A stretch of 64,000 bases of DNA, taken from assembly GCA_963741945.1 (NCBI GenBank), contig CAVUKA010000004.1, forward strand, positions 96,001 through 160,000, read 5' to 3'. The stretch is from an uncultured Gemmatimonadales bacterium (GTDB lineage Bacteria > Gemmatimonadota > Gemmatimonadetes > Longimicrobiales > RSA9). The notes below the pieces were generated by a model. That model made no database searches and had not been told where the DNA came from. It saw nothing but the letters and a program-made list of their open reading frames with translations. Numbering within the stretch: the stretch's first letter is position 1; each line of letters starts with the position of its first letter. Positions 37,857 through 46,917 of the stretch are shown piece by piece. Both the position numbers and the translations under genes were made by a program.

Positions 37857-38348
37857 ATGACAGGAAACCCGTACGGCGCCATGCCGGATCGTGCCACCTC
37901 CCGCCTCATGGCGGCCGCGCTGGCCACGATCCTCGCCTTCGGCGCCGCGGGCTGTGGTGGGTCATGGCACGGCGTCTCGCCGCCCGAGCTCGAAGGCAAC
38001 GGGATCGAGAGCAGCGCCGGCGCCACCGTGCTGACGGCCGAAGAGCTGCACGCGGCCACGGGGTCCGTGCTGCGAGCGCTCGTGGGCAAGGTGCCGAACA
38101 TGAACGTGCGGTTCGTGGGTGGGGAGCGGTGTCCGTCCATCGCGCTCCGCAGGGCCAGGGACATCAACGGCTACAACTTCCCGCTGGTGTACCTGGACGG
38201 CACGCGCTCCAACAGCACGTGCATCCTCGAGACCCTCCCCGCCGCGGAGCTCGACCGCGTGGAGATATATCCGCAAGGCTTCACCACCCGCCCGGGCTAC
38301 AGCACCAGCTCCCACGGCCTGATCCTCCTCTTCAGCCGGACCGCCTGA
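37857..38348 (+). CDS. Stand-alone TonB-receptor plug-like lipoprotein
   Basis: AAGC lipobox, LTAEEL, PLVYLDG, LDRVEIY, GLILLFSR; no barrel; start uncertain. Confidence 0.65.
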   Translation: MTGNPYGAMPDRATSRLMAAALATILAFGAAGCGGSWHGVSPPELEGNGIESSAGATVLTAEELHAATGSVLRALVGKVPNMNVRFVGGERCPSIALRRARDINGYNFPLVYLDGTRSNSTCILETLPAAELDRVEIYPQGFTTRPGYSTSSHGLILLFSRTA

Positions 38349-38415
38349 CGGCGCGCTGCCCGCCTGGGGCGCGCCGTACCCGCCGTTCCTCCCTTGCCCG
38401 ATCGGAAGTGGGCAC

Positions 38416-38452
38416 AAAAGAAACCGCCCCCCGGCCGAGGCCGGGGGGCGGT
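38416..38452 (-). terminator. Intrinsic terminator after susD
   Basis: ACCGCCCCCCGGC/GCCGGGGGGCGGT stem followed by TTCTTTT on minus strand. Confidence 0.85.
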
Positions 38453-38478
38453 ACTTCAGGAGCGCTGCTGCCGACTGC

Positions 38479-40119
38479 TCAGCAGCCGCCGCCCGGGTAG
38501 GGCGCCGGATCCCACCAGACGGTCCCGCAATAGTTCCCGTCCGTGCTCTGGTTCGCGATCGCCGCCTGGAGGTTGTCGTTGTTGAGCGACTGTTCCAGGC
38601 TGGGATAGGGAATCCTTCCGGGGATGAACTGGATGGTTGCATCCTCTGAAGGCACGATCTCGTTCGGGTAACCGGTCCTCCGATACTCGGAGTAGGCCTC
38701 CCACGGCATTGTGTAGAGCGCCAGCCACTTCTGGTCGATGATCTTCTCCAGGTCCGTGGTGGCGTTTCCCGTCAGTTGCACGGACGGCTGCGCGAGGTAG
38801 GCGTCCTGGACCGCCGTGCCCAGGTCCACCGGTCCATCGTTGGCCGTGTTCGAGGCGCTGACCGAGACGTTGACGCCGTTCCACAGCTCGAACGCCTGGC
38901 GGATCCCCGCCTCGTAGTACTGCTGCGCGCTGCCGCCGACGCTCCACCCGTTGAGGGCGGCCTCGGCCAGCAGGAAGTTGACCTCCGCCGCGGTCAGGAG
39001 GTACTGCGGCGTGGCCGGGTCGGCGCGGAAGTGCCGGCCGATGCGGGAGATCAGCACCGGCTGAGGCACGCTCCCGCTGGCGATTCCGTTCCGCTCGCCA
39101 CGGTAGATCATCCCGTTGTACGTCACCTGGCAGGGCACCTGCCCCGCGTGGCCACACCAGCTGGCGGTGAAGTCCGTGGTCTGGTCCAGCGACGGATTCG
39201 CGTAGACCATGATCCGCGGATCGTTGAACTTGTTCAGGACGCCCACCAGCGTGTTGCTCACCGTATGGTCATCCCGGGAGCCGCCCCCACCCAGCGCGCC
39301 CGCGGCGTTCTCGTAGTACGGGTTCTGGTACGGCGGCGATGGCTGGTAAACCAGCCCGGCATTATCGTCGTTCGTGAGGATCAGTGGCTGCGTGGCCAGT
39401 GCCTCGACGAGGCTGCGCGCGCCCGCCGGGTCCACGTCCGACATCCGCATGGCGAGCCGGAGCCGGAGGGAGTTGGTGAACTTGATCCACTGGCTCATGT
39501 CGCCGCCGTAGATCAGGTCCGCGTCCGAGAAGGAGCCGGCGCCGGGGCTCATCATCCCGACCGCCGTCTGCAGCTCGCTCAGCAGCGTGCCGTACAGCTC
39601 CTGCTGCGAGTCGTAGACCGGGGCCGTGATCGGCTCAGCCGCGTCGGCCTGGAGCGCCTGCGTGTAGGGGATGTCCCCGTACAGGTCGGTCAGGATCGTA
39701 GCGGTGTACGCCTTGCCGACCATGCCGATGGCGGACTGGTTGTCGCCCTTGGCCGGGTCACCCTCTTCGGCAACCTGCTGCCCCTTCTTGATGATCACGG
39801 CCCAGTCCTTCATCGGGCCGGAGTACATGGCGTTCCAGAGATTGTTGATGGTGGCGTCACGGAGCTCGTACTGGTCCTCCTCCGTGTACTGGATCTTCGC
39901 CCAGTGCTGCACGAAGATCCCCGTCATCTCCAGCGTGATCCAGGTGTTCTGGCCCCCGAACTCCACCGTCTGCTGGATCGCGTTCGGCAGCAGGTACTGC
40001 GCCGGCACGTCCGTCGGTGCATTCGGGTTGTCGTTCACATCGGCCAGGCCCTTGTCGCAGGCCGCGCTGCTGAGCGCGACGCCGACAAGCAGTGCGGCCG
40101 TTAGCGTATAGCGTTTCAT
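38479..40119 (-). CDS. SusD/RagB family outer-membrane lipoprotein
   Basis: SAACDKG lipobox, NDNPN, LTDLYGDIPY, W.KF.NSLRLR, IIDQKW, RRTGYP; alternative starts at 40125/40134. Confidence 0.93.
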   Translation of the reverse strand: MKRYTLTAALLVGVALSSAACDKGLADVNDNPNAPTDVPAQYLLPNAIQQTVEFGGQNTWITLEMTGIFVQHWAKIQYTEEDQYELRDATINNLWNAMYSGPMKDWAVIIKKGQQVAEEGDPAKGDNQSAIGMVGKAYTATILTDLYGDIPYTQALQADAAEPITAPVYDSQQELYGTLLSELQTAVGMMSPGAGSFSDADLIYGGDMSQWIKFTNSLRLRLAMRMSDVDPAGARSLVEALATQPLILTNDDNAGLVYQPSPPYQNPYYENAAGALGGGGSRDDHTVSNTLVGVLNKFNDPRIMVYANPSLDQTTDFTASWCGHAGQVPCQVTYNGMIYRGERNGIASGSVPQPVLISRIGRHFRADPATPQYLLTAAEVNFLLAEAALNGWSVGGSAQQYYEAGIRQAFELWNGVNVSVSASNTANDGPVDLGTAVQDAYLAQPSVQLTGNATTDLEKIIDQKWLALYTMPWEAYSEYRRTGYPNEIVPSEDATIQFIPGRIPYPSLEQSLNNDNLQAAIANQSTDGNYCGTVWWDPAPYPGGGC

Positions 40120-40143
40120 GTTCATCCTCGTCATCGGGTGCCG

Positions 40144-43100
40144 TTACGGCCGCACGGTCACGGTGAAGCCGATGCTCCTGGCCGTCGGGAACTGTCCGAA
40201 CTCCAGGCCCTGGACGTTGCCCGCGCTGAACGCGGTCTCCGGGTCGATGTTCGGCATGTCCGTCCACAGCGCCAGGTTCCGGCCGATCAGGGCGATGTCC
40301 GCCGAGCCGAAGCCCAGCTTGGTCACCCACGAATTCGGCAGCCGGACGCCCAGCTTCAGCTCGCGCAGCTTGACGTAGCTGGCGTCGTGGATGTACGGCT
40401 CGTGGCCCGGGTACGAACCCTCGAAATAATCCTGCGGGCACGCGGCCACCGCGTTTGCACCCGAGTTGTCCACCAGGTTCCCATTGGCGTCGTAGTACGC
40501 CGAGTGGGGTACGACGATGCCCGGATCGCACGGGCCGTTCTCACGTCCCAGGAGCGAGCCCTCGAGCACACCCGCGTACTCGCCGAACATGTTCGTCACG
40601 CTGTACACGTCACCGCCGTGCTGCATGTCGAACAGGACGCTGAGGTCGAAGGCCTTGTAGGTGAACCGGTTGAGCAGCCCACCCGTCCAGTCCGGATTGT
40701 AGTTGCCCAGCACCCGCCGGTGCGCCGCATCCTGCCGCGGCACGCCGCTCCCCGCGCTGACGATCACACGGCCCTCGGGGTCGCCCACGCCGTCACCATC
40801 CAGGTCCTCGCGCAGCAGCGGAGTCCCGAACAGCGCACCGTACGGCTCGCCTTTCCGTGCCTCGACGTTCAGCCCCCAGTACGTCCCGAGGACCAGCGTC
40901 TGCAGGTCGCCGTACAGCTTGACGACCTCGGAATTGTTCTTGGCCCAGTTCACCGTCATGTCCCAGCGGAGCCCGTTCGGCTGCTTCACCGGCGTGAGGT
41001 TGGCCAGCAGCTCGTAGCCCCAGTTCCGGACCTCACCGGCGTTCAGCACCTGGTTGCGGTAACCGCTCGTGGCCGAGATCTGGACCGGCATGATCTGGTT
41101 GACGGTGGTGTTGTCGTAGTACGTCACGACGAAGCCCACGCGCTCGTTCAGGAACCCGAGATCCGTCCCCACCTCCCACGCGGTGGTCTCCTCGGGCTTG
41201 AGGTTGGCGTTCGGCAGCGTGTTCGGCACCGAGAAGAGCGGCAGGCCCCCGAACGGGTCGTTCGAGTTGAACGTGGCCAGCAGCTGGTACGGATCGGCGT
41301 CGTTACCCACGCGCGTCCAGCTGGCACGCAGCTTCCCGGAGGAGAGCAGGTTGCTCTGGATCCCGAAGGCGTCCGTGAAGACGAATGCGCCGGAAACGGA
41401 GGGGTAGAAGTACGAGTTGTTCGCTTCAGGGAGCGTGCTCGACCAGTCGTTCCGGCCGGTCACGTCCAGGTTCAGGTAGTTCCGGAAGTTCAGCGTGGCC
41501 GCGCCGTAGAGGCTGTTGACCCGCTTCTTCTGGATGTCGTCGTTCGTGGTCGGCGTCACGCCGGCGTTGTCCAGCGTGTAGATGCCGGGGACCACCAGCT
41601 CGGACGCGCCGTAATTCGAGAGGTGGTACTCCTGGTCCCGGCGGTTGCCGCCGGCGTTCACCGTCAGCGTCAGGTCCGAGGTCAGGTTCCGCGTGCCCGT
41701 GATCAGGAAGTCCGTGTTGGTCTCACGGTTGAAGATCTCGTCGTGCGCGAAGGCGCCGCGCGGATTGCCGCCGCCGTACGTGCCCCACGCGTAGTTGCGC
41801 TGACGTGATTTCTGGTACCAGTCCGTGCCGGAGCGCACCGTTGCGGTGAGCCAGTCCGTGAAGTCGTAGCTCAGCAGCGCGTGCCCGAGCACGTGGTCCG
41901 TCACGGCGCTGTTCGTGTTCTCGTACGCCTCGACATACGGATTGTCGTGGTACGAGTAGTTCCAGTTGTAGTAGTCGTTGCCCAGCACGCAGCCGGGGCG
42001 CGTATCGCCCGCCACGCACTTGTAGTTCTTCAGCGATGCGACGTCCACCTGCCGGCCGAACCAGATGAACTGCTGCATCACGTTGATGCCGGTGTACCCC
42101 GTCGCGGGCAGGTTGTCGACGTTGTTCTTCATGTAGTCGATGGCACCCTCGGCCCGCATCCGGTCGGTGACATCCAGCCCGCCGGCCAGTGAGGCGCCGA
42201 GCCGATTGATCTCGTTGTTCGGGTACATGCCATTCTGCTGCATGTTGGTCACGGATAGACGCACGTTGCTCCGCTCGTCGCTGCGCGCGATCGCCACGTT
42301 CGTGTTCACCGTCACACCCGTCTCGAAGAAGTCACGGACGTTGTTCGGGTGCGGGCACCACGGCTGGTTCTTCCCGCTGAACTGGTCCACCAGCGTGTCA
42401 CAGCTCAGCGCCGGGCCCCAGCTCTCGTCCATGCCGTCCGCCACGCCGCCCCAGTTGCCGTCGGCCCACTGGAACTCGCCGCTCGAGCCCTGGCCGTACT
42501 TGTTCTGGTAGTCCGGCAGGCGCAGCGGCGTGTCGAACATGGTCGACACGGTGGCGCTGATCCCGAGACCGGCACCGTGATAGCCCTTCTTCGTCGTGAT
42601 GACCACGGCGCCGTTCGCGGCCCGCGAGCCATAGAGCGCAGCGGCGTTCGGGCCCTTCAGCACCGAGATCGACTCGATGTTGTTCGGATCGAGGTCGCCC
42701 GCACTGTTGGCGTAGTTGTAGCCGCCACCCGTCGCGTTGCTGGTGCCGTTGTTCGACCGCGAGCTGTTGTCGATCGGGATGCCATCGACCACGAACAGCG
42801 GCTGGTTGTTGCCGTTGATCGAGCTCGCGCCGCGGATCACGATGCGGGACGCGCCGCCCGGGCCGGCCGTGTTCGTGATGTGCACGCCCGCAACGTTGCC
42901 GTGCAGCGCGTCCACCACGTTCAGCTTCGGCACTTCGGAGATCTGCTCCGCGCTGACGTCCTGCACGGAGTAGCCGAGGCTGCGCTTCTCACGCTGGATC
43001 CCGAGCGCCGTCACGGTGAGGCCCTCGAGGCCGATCGCCTCCCGGGTCATCGTCACGTTGACCACGGGACCGGTGATCTCGCGCTCCATCGTTCGATAGC

Positions 43101-43338
43101 CGAGATAGCTGAAGACCAGCTCGCCGGAGCCGGCGGGGACGCGAATGGCGAAATTACCGTTGCCGTCCGACAGCGTGCCTACCGTGGTGCCCTTCACCAC
43201 GATCTGCACGCCCGCCAGCGGCTGTCCCGAGTCCTCGGCCGTCACCTGGCCGGTTACTCGGTTTTCCTGGGCGCTCAGCCACGTCGGCACTGAAAGCAGC
43301 GCCGCGATGGCGAGAGCCCGCCGCAGGTTGGAATACAT
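40144..43338 (-). CDS. SusC/RagA family TonB-dependent transporter
   Basis: PLFVVDGIP, IESISVLKGPNAAALYGSRAANGAVVITTKKG, NLKPE, YVKLRE; GGAGGA RBS. Confidence 0.96.
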   Translation of the reverse strand: MYSNLRRALAIAALLSVPTWLSAQENRVTGQVTAEDSGQPLAGVQIVVKGTTVGTLSDGNGNFAIRVPAGSGELVFSYLGYRTMEREITGPVVNVTMTREAIGLEGLTVTALGIQREKRSLGYSVQDVSAEQISEVPKLNVVDALHGNVAGVHITNTAGPGGASRIVIRGASSINGNNQPLFVVDGIPIDNSSRSNNGTSNATGGGYNYANSAGDLDPNNIESISVLKGPNAAALYGSRAANGAVVITTKKGYHGAGLGISATVSTMFDTPLRLPDYQNKYGQGSSGEFQWADGNWGGVADGMDESWGPALSCDTLVDQFSGKNQPWCPHPNNVRDFFETGVTVNTNVAIARSDERSNVRLSVTNMQQNGMYPNNEINRLGASLAGGLDVTDRMRAEGAIDYMKNNVDNLPATGYTGINVMQQFIWFGRQVDVASLKNYKCVAGDTRPGCVLGNDYYNWNYSYHDNPYVEAYENTNSAVTDHVLGHALLSYDFTDWLTATVRSGTDWYQKSRQRNYAWGTYGGGNPRGAFAHDEIFNRETNTDFLITGTRNLTSDLTLTVNAGGNRRDQEYHLSNYGASELVVPGIYTLDNAGVTPTTNDDIQKKRVNSLYGAATLNFRNYLNLDVTGRNDWSSTLPEANNSYFYPSVSGAFVFTDAFGIQSNLLSSGKLRASWTRVGNDADPYQLLATFNSNDPFGGLPLFSVPNTLPNANLKPEETTAWEVGTDLGFLNERVGFVVTYYDNTTVNQIMPVQISATSGYRNQVLNAGEVRNWGYELLANLTPVKQPNGLRWDMTVNWAKNNSEVVKLYGDLQTLVLGTYWGLNVEARKGEPYGALFGTPLLREDLDGDGVGDPEGRVIVSAGSGVPRQDAAHRRVLGNYNPDWTGGLLNRFTYKAFDLSVLFDMQHGGDVYSVTNMFGEYAGVLEGSLLGRENGPCDPGIVVPHSAYYDANGNLVDNSGANAVAACPQDYFEGSYPGHEPYIHDASYVKLRELKLGVRLPNSWVTKLGFGSADIALIGRNLALWTDMPNIDPETAFSAGNVQGLEFGQFPTARSIGFTVTVRP

Positions 43339-43392
43339 ACATCCTCCAGGGAAAGGAAACTGGTTCGGAGAGGCGGCCACTTCATACCGCTG

Positions 43393-43436
43393 CGGGAGAC
43401 CCCATCTCCCGGTACGGGAGACCCCATCTCCCGGTA
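43393..43436. repeat. Perfect 22-nt direct tandem repeat x2, each unit a hairpin
   Basis: cgggagaccccatctcccggta at 43393-43414 and 43415-43436. Confidence 0.95.
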
Positions 43437-43785
43437 ATCGAATGCGCGGCACACGCCGCCCCGGGCGGCCGTGATTCGAATCCGAATGCGACGGTCCGGG
43501 GATCCGGGTGCAGGTGTTCGGTAGGACACCCGGCATTCCAGCGCTCCGGCAGTGGCAGCTGCCCCATGGAGCGGGGCCGACGCGATTCTTTGGGGGGACC
43601 CGGTCAACACCGGGCCGATGGTACAGGGTGCAGTAACTCTACGGCGTCGGAGACCTCCTTGCAGTAGTGGATGTGAAAGCTGCGCGGCCTCCGCTGTTCG
43701 CGGTGCCGGTCGCGCGAGCTTTCCAGCCGATAGGGGACTTAAGCCGCGGGCGCCCCGAAGTCAACCCTTGTCGACCCGCGGCAGC

Positions 43786-44976
43786 TCACCGCCCCACCGT
43801 TCCCGGCGTACGGGAAATCAGGAGGATCGCCACCGCCACCGCCACGACGGCGGCCCCGGTCAGCCACGCCGTCCGTTTCCCCGCCCGCGCGGACGTCTCC
43901 AGTGCGTGCGGCAGCAGGACCATCAGCGCCACCACCACCGTGGATGCGGCCGCGATCAGCCAGCTCCCGCCGCCGCCCCGCGCCTGCGTCCCAGCCCCCG
44001 GGTGCAACAGGAGAAGATGCGCACCGGTCACCGCCACGAACACGACCAGACCGAGCGTCACGGCGACCCCGGTCCTCCGCCCTGCCGCGGGCTCCAGCAC
44101 CCGTGCGATCAGGAGCAGGGCGGCGCCGTGCCCCACGGCGAGGGCGACCACTCCGGCCGTTCCGGCTCCTCGCGCAAGGAAGCCAGCGGCCATCAGCGCC
44201 GCCAGTGCCACGGCGGCCGCGCGTGTTCGTGTCAGGTCGCTGTGCCCGAGCAGCACGGCCATGGCCGCGCCAGCGCCGCATGCGCCGGCCAGCGCCGCCA
44301 TCGCGAACGGCGCCCCCGCCCATGCGGCGACGGCCGCGGCGTTCCCGAGGAATTGCAGGTCGAGGAACAGGAGGAGCCCGAGGGCGAGGGCGCCCCGTCG
44401 TCGCAGACCTCCGGACCTGCGTTCCAGGCCGCGCGGCGGCTCGCCCGCGTCAGTTGCGCGCTCGAACACCCCGGCGCTGGCCAGCAGCGCGATCGAAAGC
44501 GCGAGTTGAACGGGCAGCCAGGCGCCGGCGAGGGATGGATCGCGGCCTCCGCCGGGGAGGCGCAGCAGCTGGTCCACCACGAGTCCCGACACTGCGCCCG
44601 CCATGACCGCGCCTCGATCCAGCCAGCCGCTTCCCCAGGCCAGGAAGAGACCGGCAAAAGCCAGTACCAGGGCGGCGCCCGCGAGCCGGGTCGGGAGCGC
44701 GGGATGGATCATCGGCACGCGGAAGATGGCCACGCCCGCCGCGGCCACCGCCACCGCACCGCCGCGCTCGAGCCACCGCGGCAGCGGCAGGAGCGGCAGG
44801 AGGAGGGCGAGCAGCGAAGCTCCGAGCAACGCCGCCCGCCCGGGTGAGAGGGCGGGCCCGGCGGTGTCACGGGCCAGCCCCAGGGCGGCCGGGAAGAACG
44901 CTCGCTGCGCCTCCGCCAGAAACAGGAAGACCAGGGCGCTCGTCATCAGCGACCTCGCCCATGCACGCGGCGGCAT
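43786..44976 (-). CDS. Polytopic membrane protein, unknown function
   Basis: Long hydrophobic ORF with roughly a dozen TM-like segments; start uncertain. Confidence 0.65.
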   Translation of the reverse strand: MPPRAWARSLMTSALVFLFLAEAQRAFFPAALGLARDTAGPALSPGRAALLGASLLALLLPLLPLPRWLERGGAVAVAAAGVAIFRVPMIHPALPTRLAGAALVLAFAGLFLAWGSGWLDRGAVMAGAVSGLVVDQLLRLPGGGRDPSLAGAWLPVQLALSIALLASAGVFERATDAGEPPRGLERRSGGLRRRGALALGLLLFLDLQFLGNAAAVAAWAGAPFAMAALAGACGAGAAMAVLLGHSDLTRTRAAAVALAALMAAGFLARGAGTAGVVALAVGHGAALLLIARVLEPAAGRRTGVAVTLGLVVFVAVTGAHLLLLHPGAGTQARGGGGSWLIAAASTVVVALMVLLPHALETSARAGKRTAWLTGAAVVAVAVAILLISRTPGTVGR

Positions 44977-45072
44977 CCGGCCGCTCAGTCGGCTCCTCCA
45001 GCTGGCGACGGAGCCGATGCGGGGGTCGGTGCCGCCGTCGAGCGCGACGATAGCTCCGGCCGCCGGCGCCGC

Positions 45073-45858
45073 TCAGGCACCCGGTGCCTCGAGGAAGCGA
45101 TAGGGAGCCGATGGGCCGTCCAGCTCGACCGTCAGGCCGAGAAGCCGGGCTCGCTCCCTGGCCGCGACCACCCGGGTTCGGAGCGTCGGCTCCGTGCCGC
45201 GCGCCACCAGCAGCGCCGTGCTGGCGAGCACCGGCACCCCTGCGGGCGGGGTGAGCGGGCGCACCGATTCCGCCACCGCTTCGATCCCGGCCATCAGGTC
45301 CCGCGCCAGCCGATGCGCCGCCGCCCGACCCTCGTTCCGGGCGACGCTCGAGCGCCGCTTGTGCAGGGGGAACCTGTCTCCGGGCTTCGCCGCCGCGATC
45401 GCACGCTCGACCGCAGCGACTTCCTCCGATATTTCCGCGAGGTTCTCGTCCAGCTCCGCCATGTCGTATCCCACGGTCAGGTCCCACTCGCGGAGCCCCC
45501 GGAACCGATTCAGCTCCCGCCCGATCCGATCCGCATCGTGCGCGGCCGATTCGAGCAGCGTCCTTCGCGTGCTGAACACGTTCAGCAGGCGGGAGGGGAG
45601 GATGGTCGTGTGCTCGACGAACCAGCGGATGGCCTCTTCGTGATGCAGTCCGAGCTCCGAGATCCACGCCATGTCGGCGCAGTTCCGCTCCAGCCCGCGG
45701 CCCATGAACTCGCCCCGGTCCACCGACGAGACCACCGCCAGGAAGGAAAGGTCGTCGGCGCCGGCGAGCTCCACGCTCCCGCGCCCGACGCCGCGCAGGC
45801 CGCCGCGTGGAAGCCGCGCGTCTGCCGGGACGAAGCCGTACAGATAGATTGGGTTCAT
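45073..45858 (-). CDS. GvpL/GvpF family protein
   Basis: IYLYGFVP, HEEAIR, TILPSRLLNVF, EW, ALLV, GPSAPYRF C-terminus. Confidence 0.85.
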   Translation of the reverse strand: MNPIYLYGFVPADARLPRGGLRGVGRGSVELAGADDLSFLAVVSSVDRGEFMGRGLERNCADMAWISELGLHHEEAIRWFVEHTTILPSRLLNVFSTRRTLLESAAHDADRIGRELNRFRGLREWDLTVGYDMAELDENLAEISEEVAAVERAIAAAKPGDRFPLHKRRSSVARNEGRAAAHRLARDLMAGIEAVAESVRPLTPPAGVPVLASTALLVARGTEPTLRTRVVAARERARLLGLTVELDGPSAPYRFLEAPGA

Positions 45859-46082
45859 CCGCGCACGGGTGCTCCTGCGACAGGGTCTCGCTCTTCTGCC
45901 ATTGCTGCGGCACCTCTTGCGCTGCAAACTTGATCGAGGGCGGCGGCCGCAGTCAACGATGGCGAGCATGCCGGCCGCCGTACGAGTCGGGCTCGCGCCG
46001 CGCAGATGCCAGCTTCGTGCCGTGCATTCCGTCTCCGGCCGAAGTGCCGGCCACGCGTGTCCGGCGGAGCCCCCCGGAGAAT

Positions 46083-46097
46083 CGGCGCGCCCTTTGC
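46083..46097 (+). promoter_or_regulatory. Candidate sigma54 promoter for lipoprotein-kinase operon
   Basis: CGGCGCGCCCTTTGC (GG-N10-GC with TTGC), 60 nt before ATG. Confidence 0.4.
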
Positions 46098-46157
46098 GGT
46101 GCCGGAGCCGGAGGCACCGGATCGCGCCGGCACCCCTGCACACGAAACCAGAGATCC

Positions 46158-46913
46158 ATGCCGCGCACGTACGCTTTCATTCTCGCGCTGATGCTGCCGG
46201 CTGCATCCTGCACCCCCGTGCGCACCCGCGTGCCGGAGCAGCCCGAGCCTGTCGCGCGTCTCGATCGGGGCCTCGCCGCGTCCGAGGCAGGTCGGTACTC
46301 CGACGCACGGCGCGACCTCACCTGGGTCTACCTGAATTGTACCGGTCACGTGGCCGGCTATCGCGCCGCCGCCGGCCTGGCTGCGGTCGAGCTGGACCCG
46401 CGCAACCCCGAGGGCCGCCCCGCCTTCGGGACCCGCCTGCTCGGCTGGCTCATCCAGTCACCTGGCACCCCTCCCTGGACACGGCCTGCCATCGAGACCG
46501 GATACCTTCTGGCCGTGGCCCTCGGAGCGCCCCCCGCCGACGCGAGCCGCGTCCCCGGGGATTCCACCGCGGCGGGCGAGACAGCCACGGGCCAGGTGGC
46601 CTCTGGCACCCCCCTCCCCGGTGACACCGTGCCAGTCAGCCCGGACACTGCCGCTCCCCGCCCGCTCCCTGCGGCGGCGCCCTCGGCGGCCGGGCAGGCG
46701 CTGCCTGGCTGCGGCCAGGAGACGACGGTCGCGTCGGACGTCGCCTGGGTAGCGCCCCCGCTGCCCGCGCTGCCAGGCCCTTCCATGGCCGCGATCCTGG
46801 CGCTCGCGGAAGAACGGCGAGACTCCCTCGCGCAACAGCTCCGGGCCGCGCAGAGCCAGCTGGACTCGGTGCAGACCGAGCTGGAGCGCATCCGCAAGAC
46901 TCTGAAGCCGTAG
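46158..46913 (+). CDS. Lipoprotein with helical N-domain and C-terminal coiled coil
   Basis: PAASC lipobox, Pro/Ala-rich linker, LAQQLRAAQSQLDSVQTELERIRKTL. Confidence 0.7.
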   Translation: MPRTYAFILALMLPAASCTPVRTRVPEQPEPVARLDRGLAASEAGRYSDARRDLTWVYLNCTGHVAGYRAAAGLAAVELDPRNPEGRPAFGTRLLGWLIQSPGTPPWTRPAIETGYLLAVALGAPPADASRVPGDSTAAGETATGQVASGTPLPGDTVPVSPDTAAPRPLPAAAPSAAGQALPGCGQETTVASDVAWVAPPLPALPGPSMAAILALAEERRDSLAQQLRAAQSQLDSVQTELERIRKTLKP

Positions 46914-46917
46914 TCGG

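Noticed and set aside
43393..43436. CRISPR array
   Set aside because: Only two abutting units, no spacer, no cas genes
43500..43600. Cobalamin riboswitch before the TonB-dependent transporter (GCCACTG present on minus strand)
   Set aside because: Other conserved elements (GGGAA, B12 box) not found in the expected order
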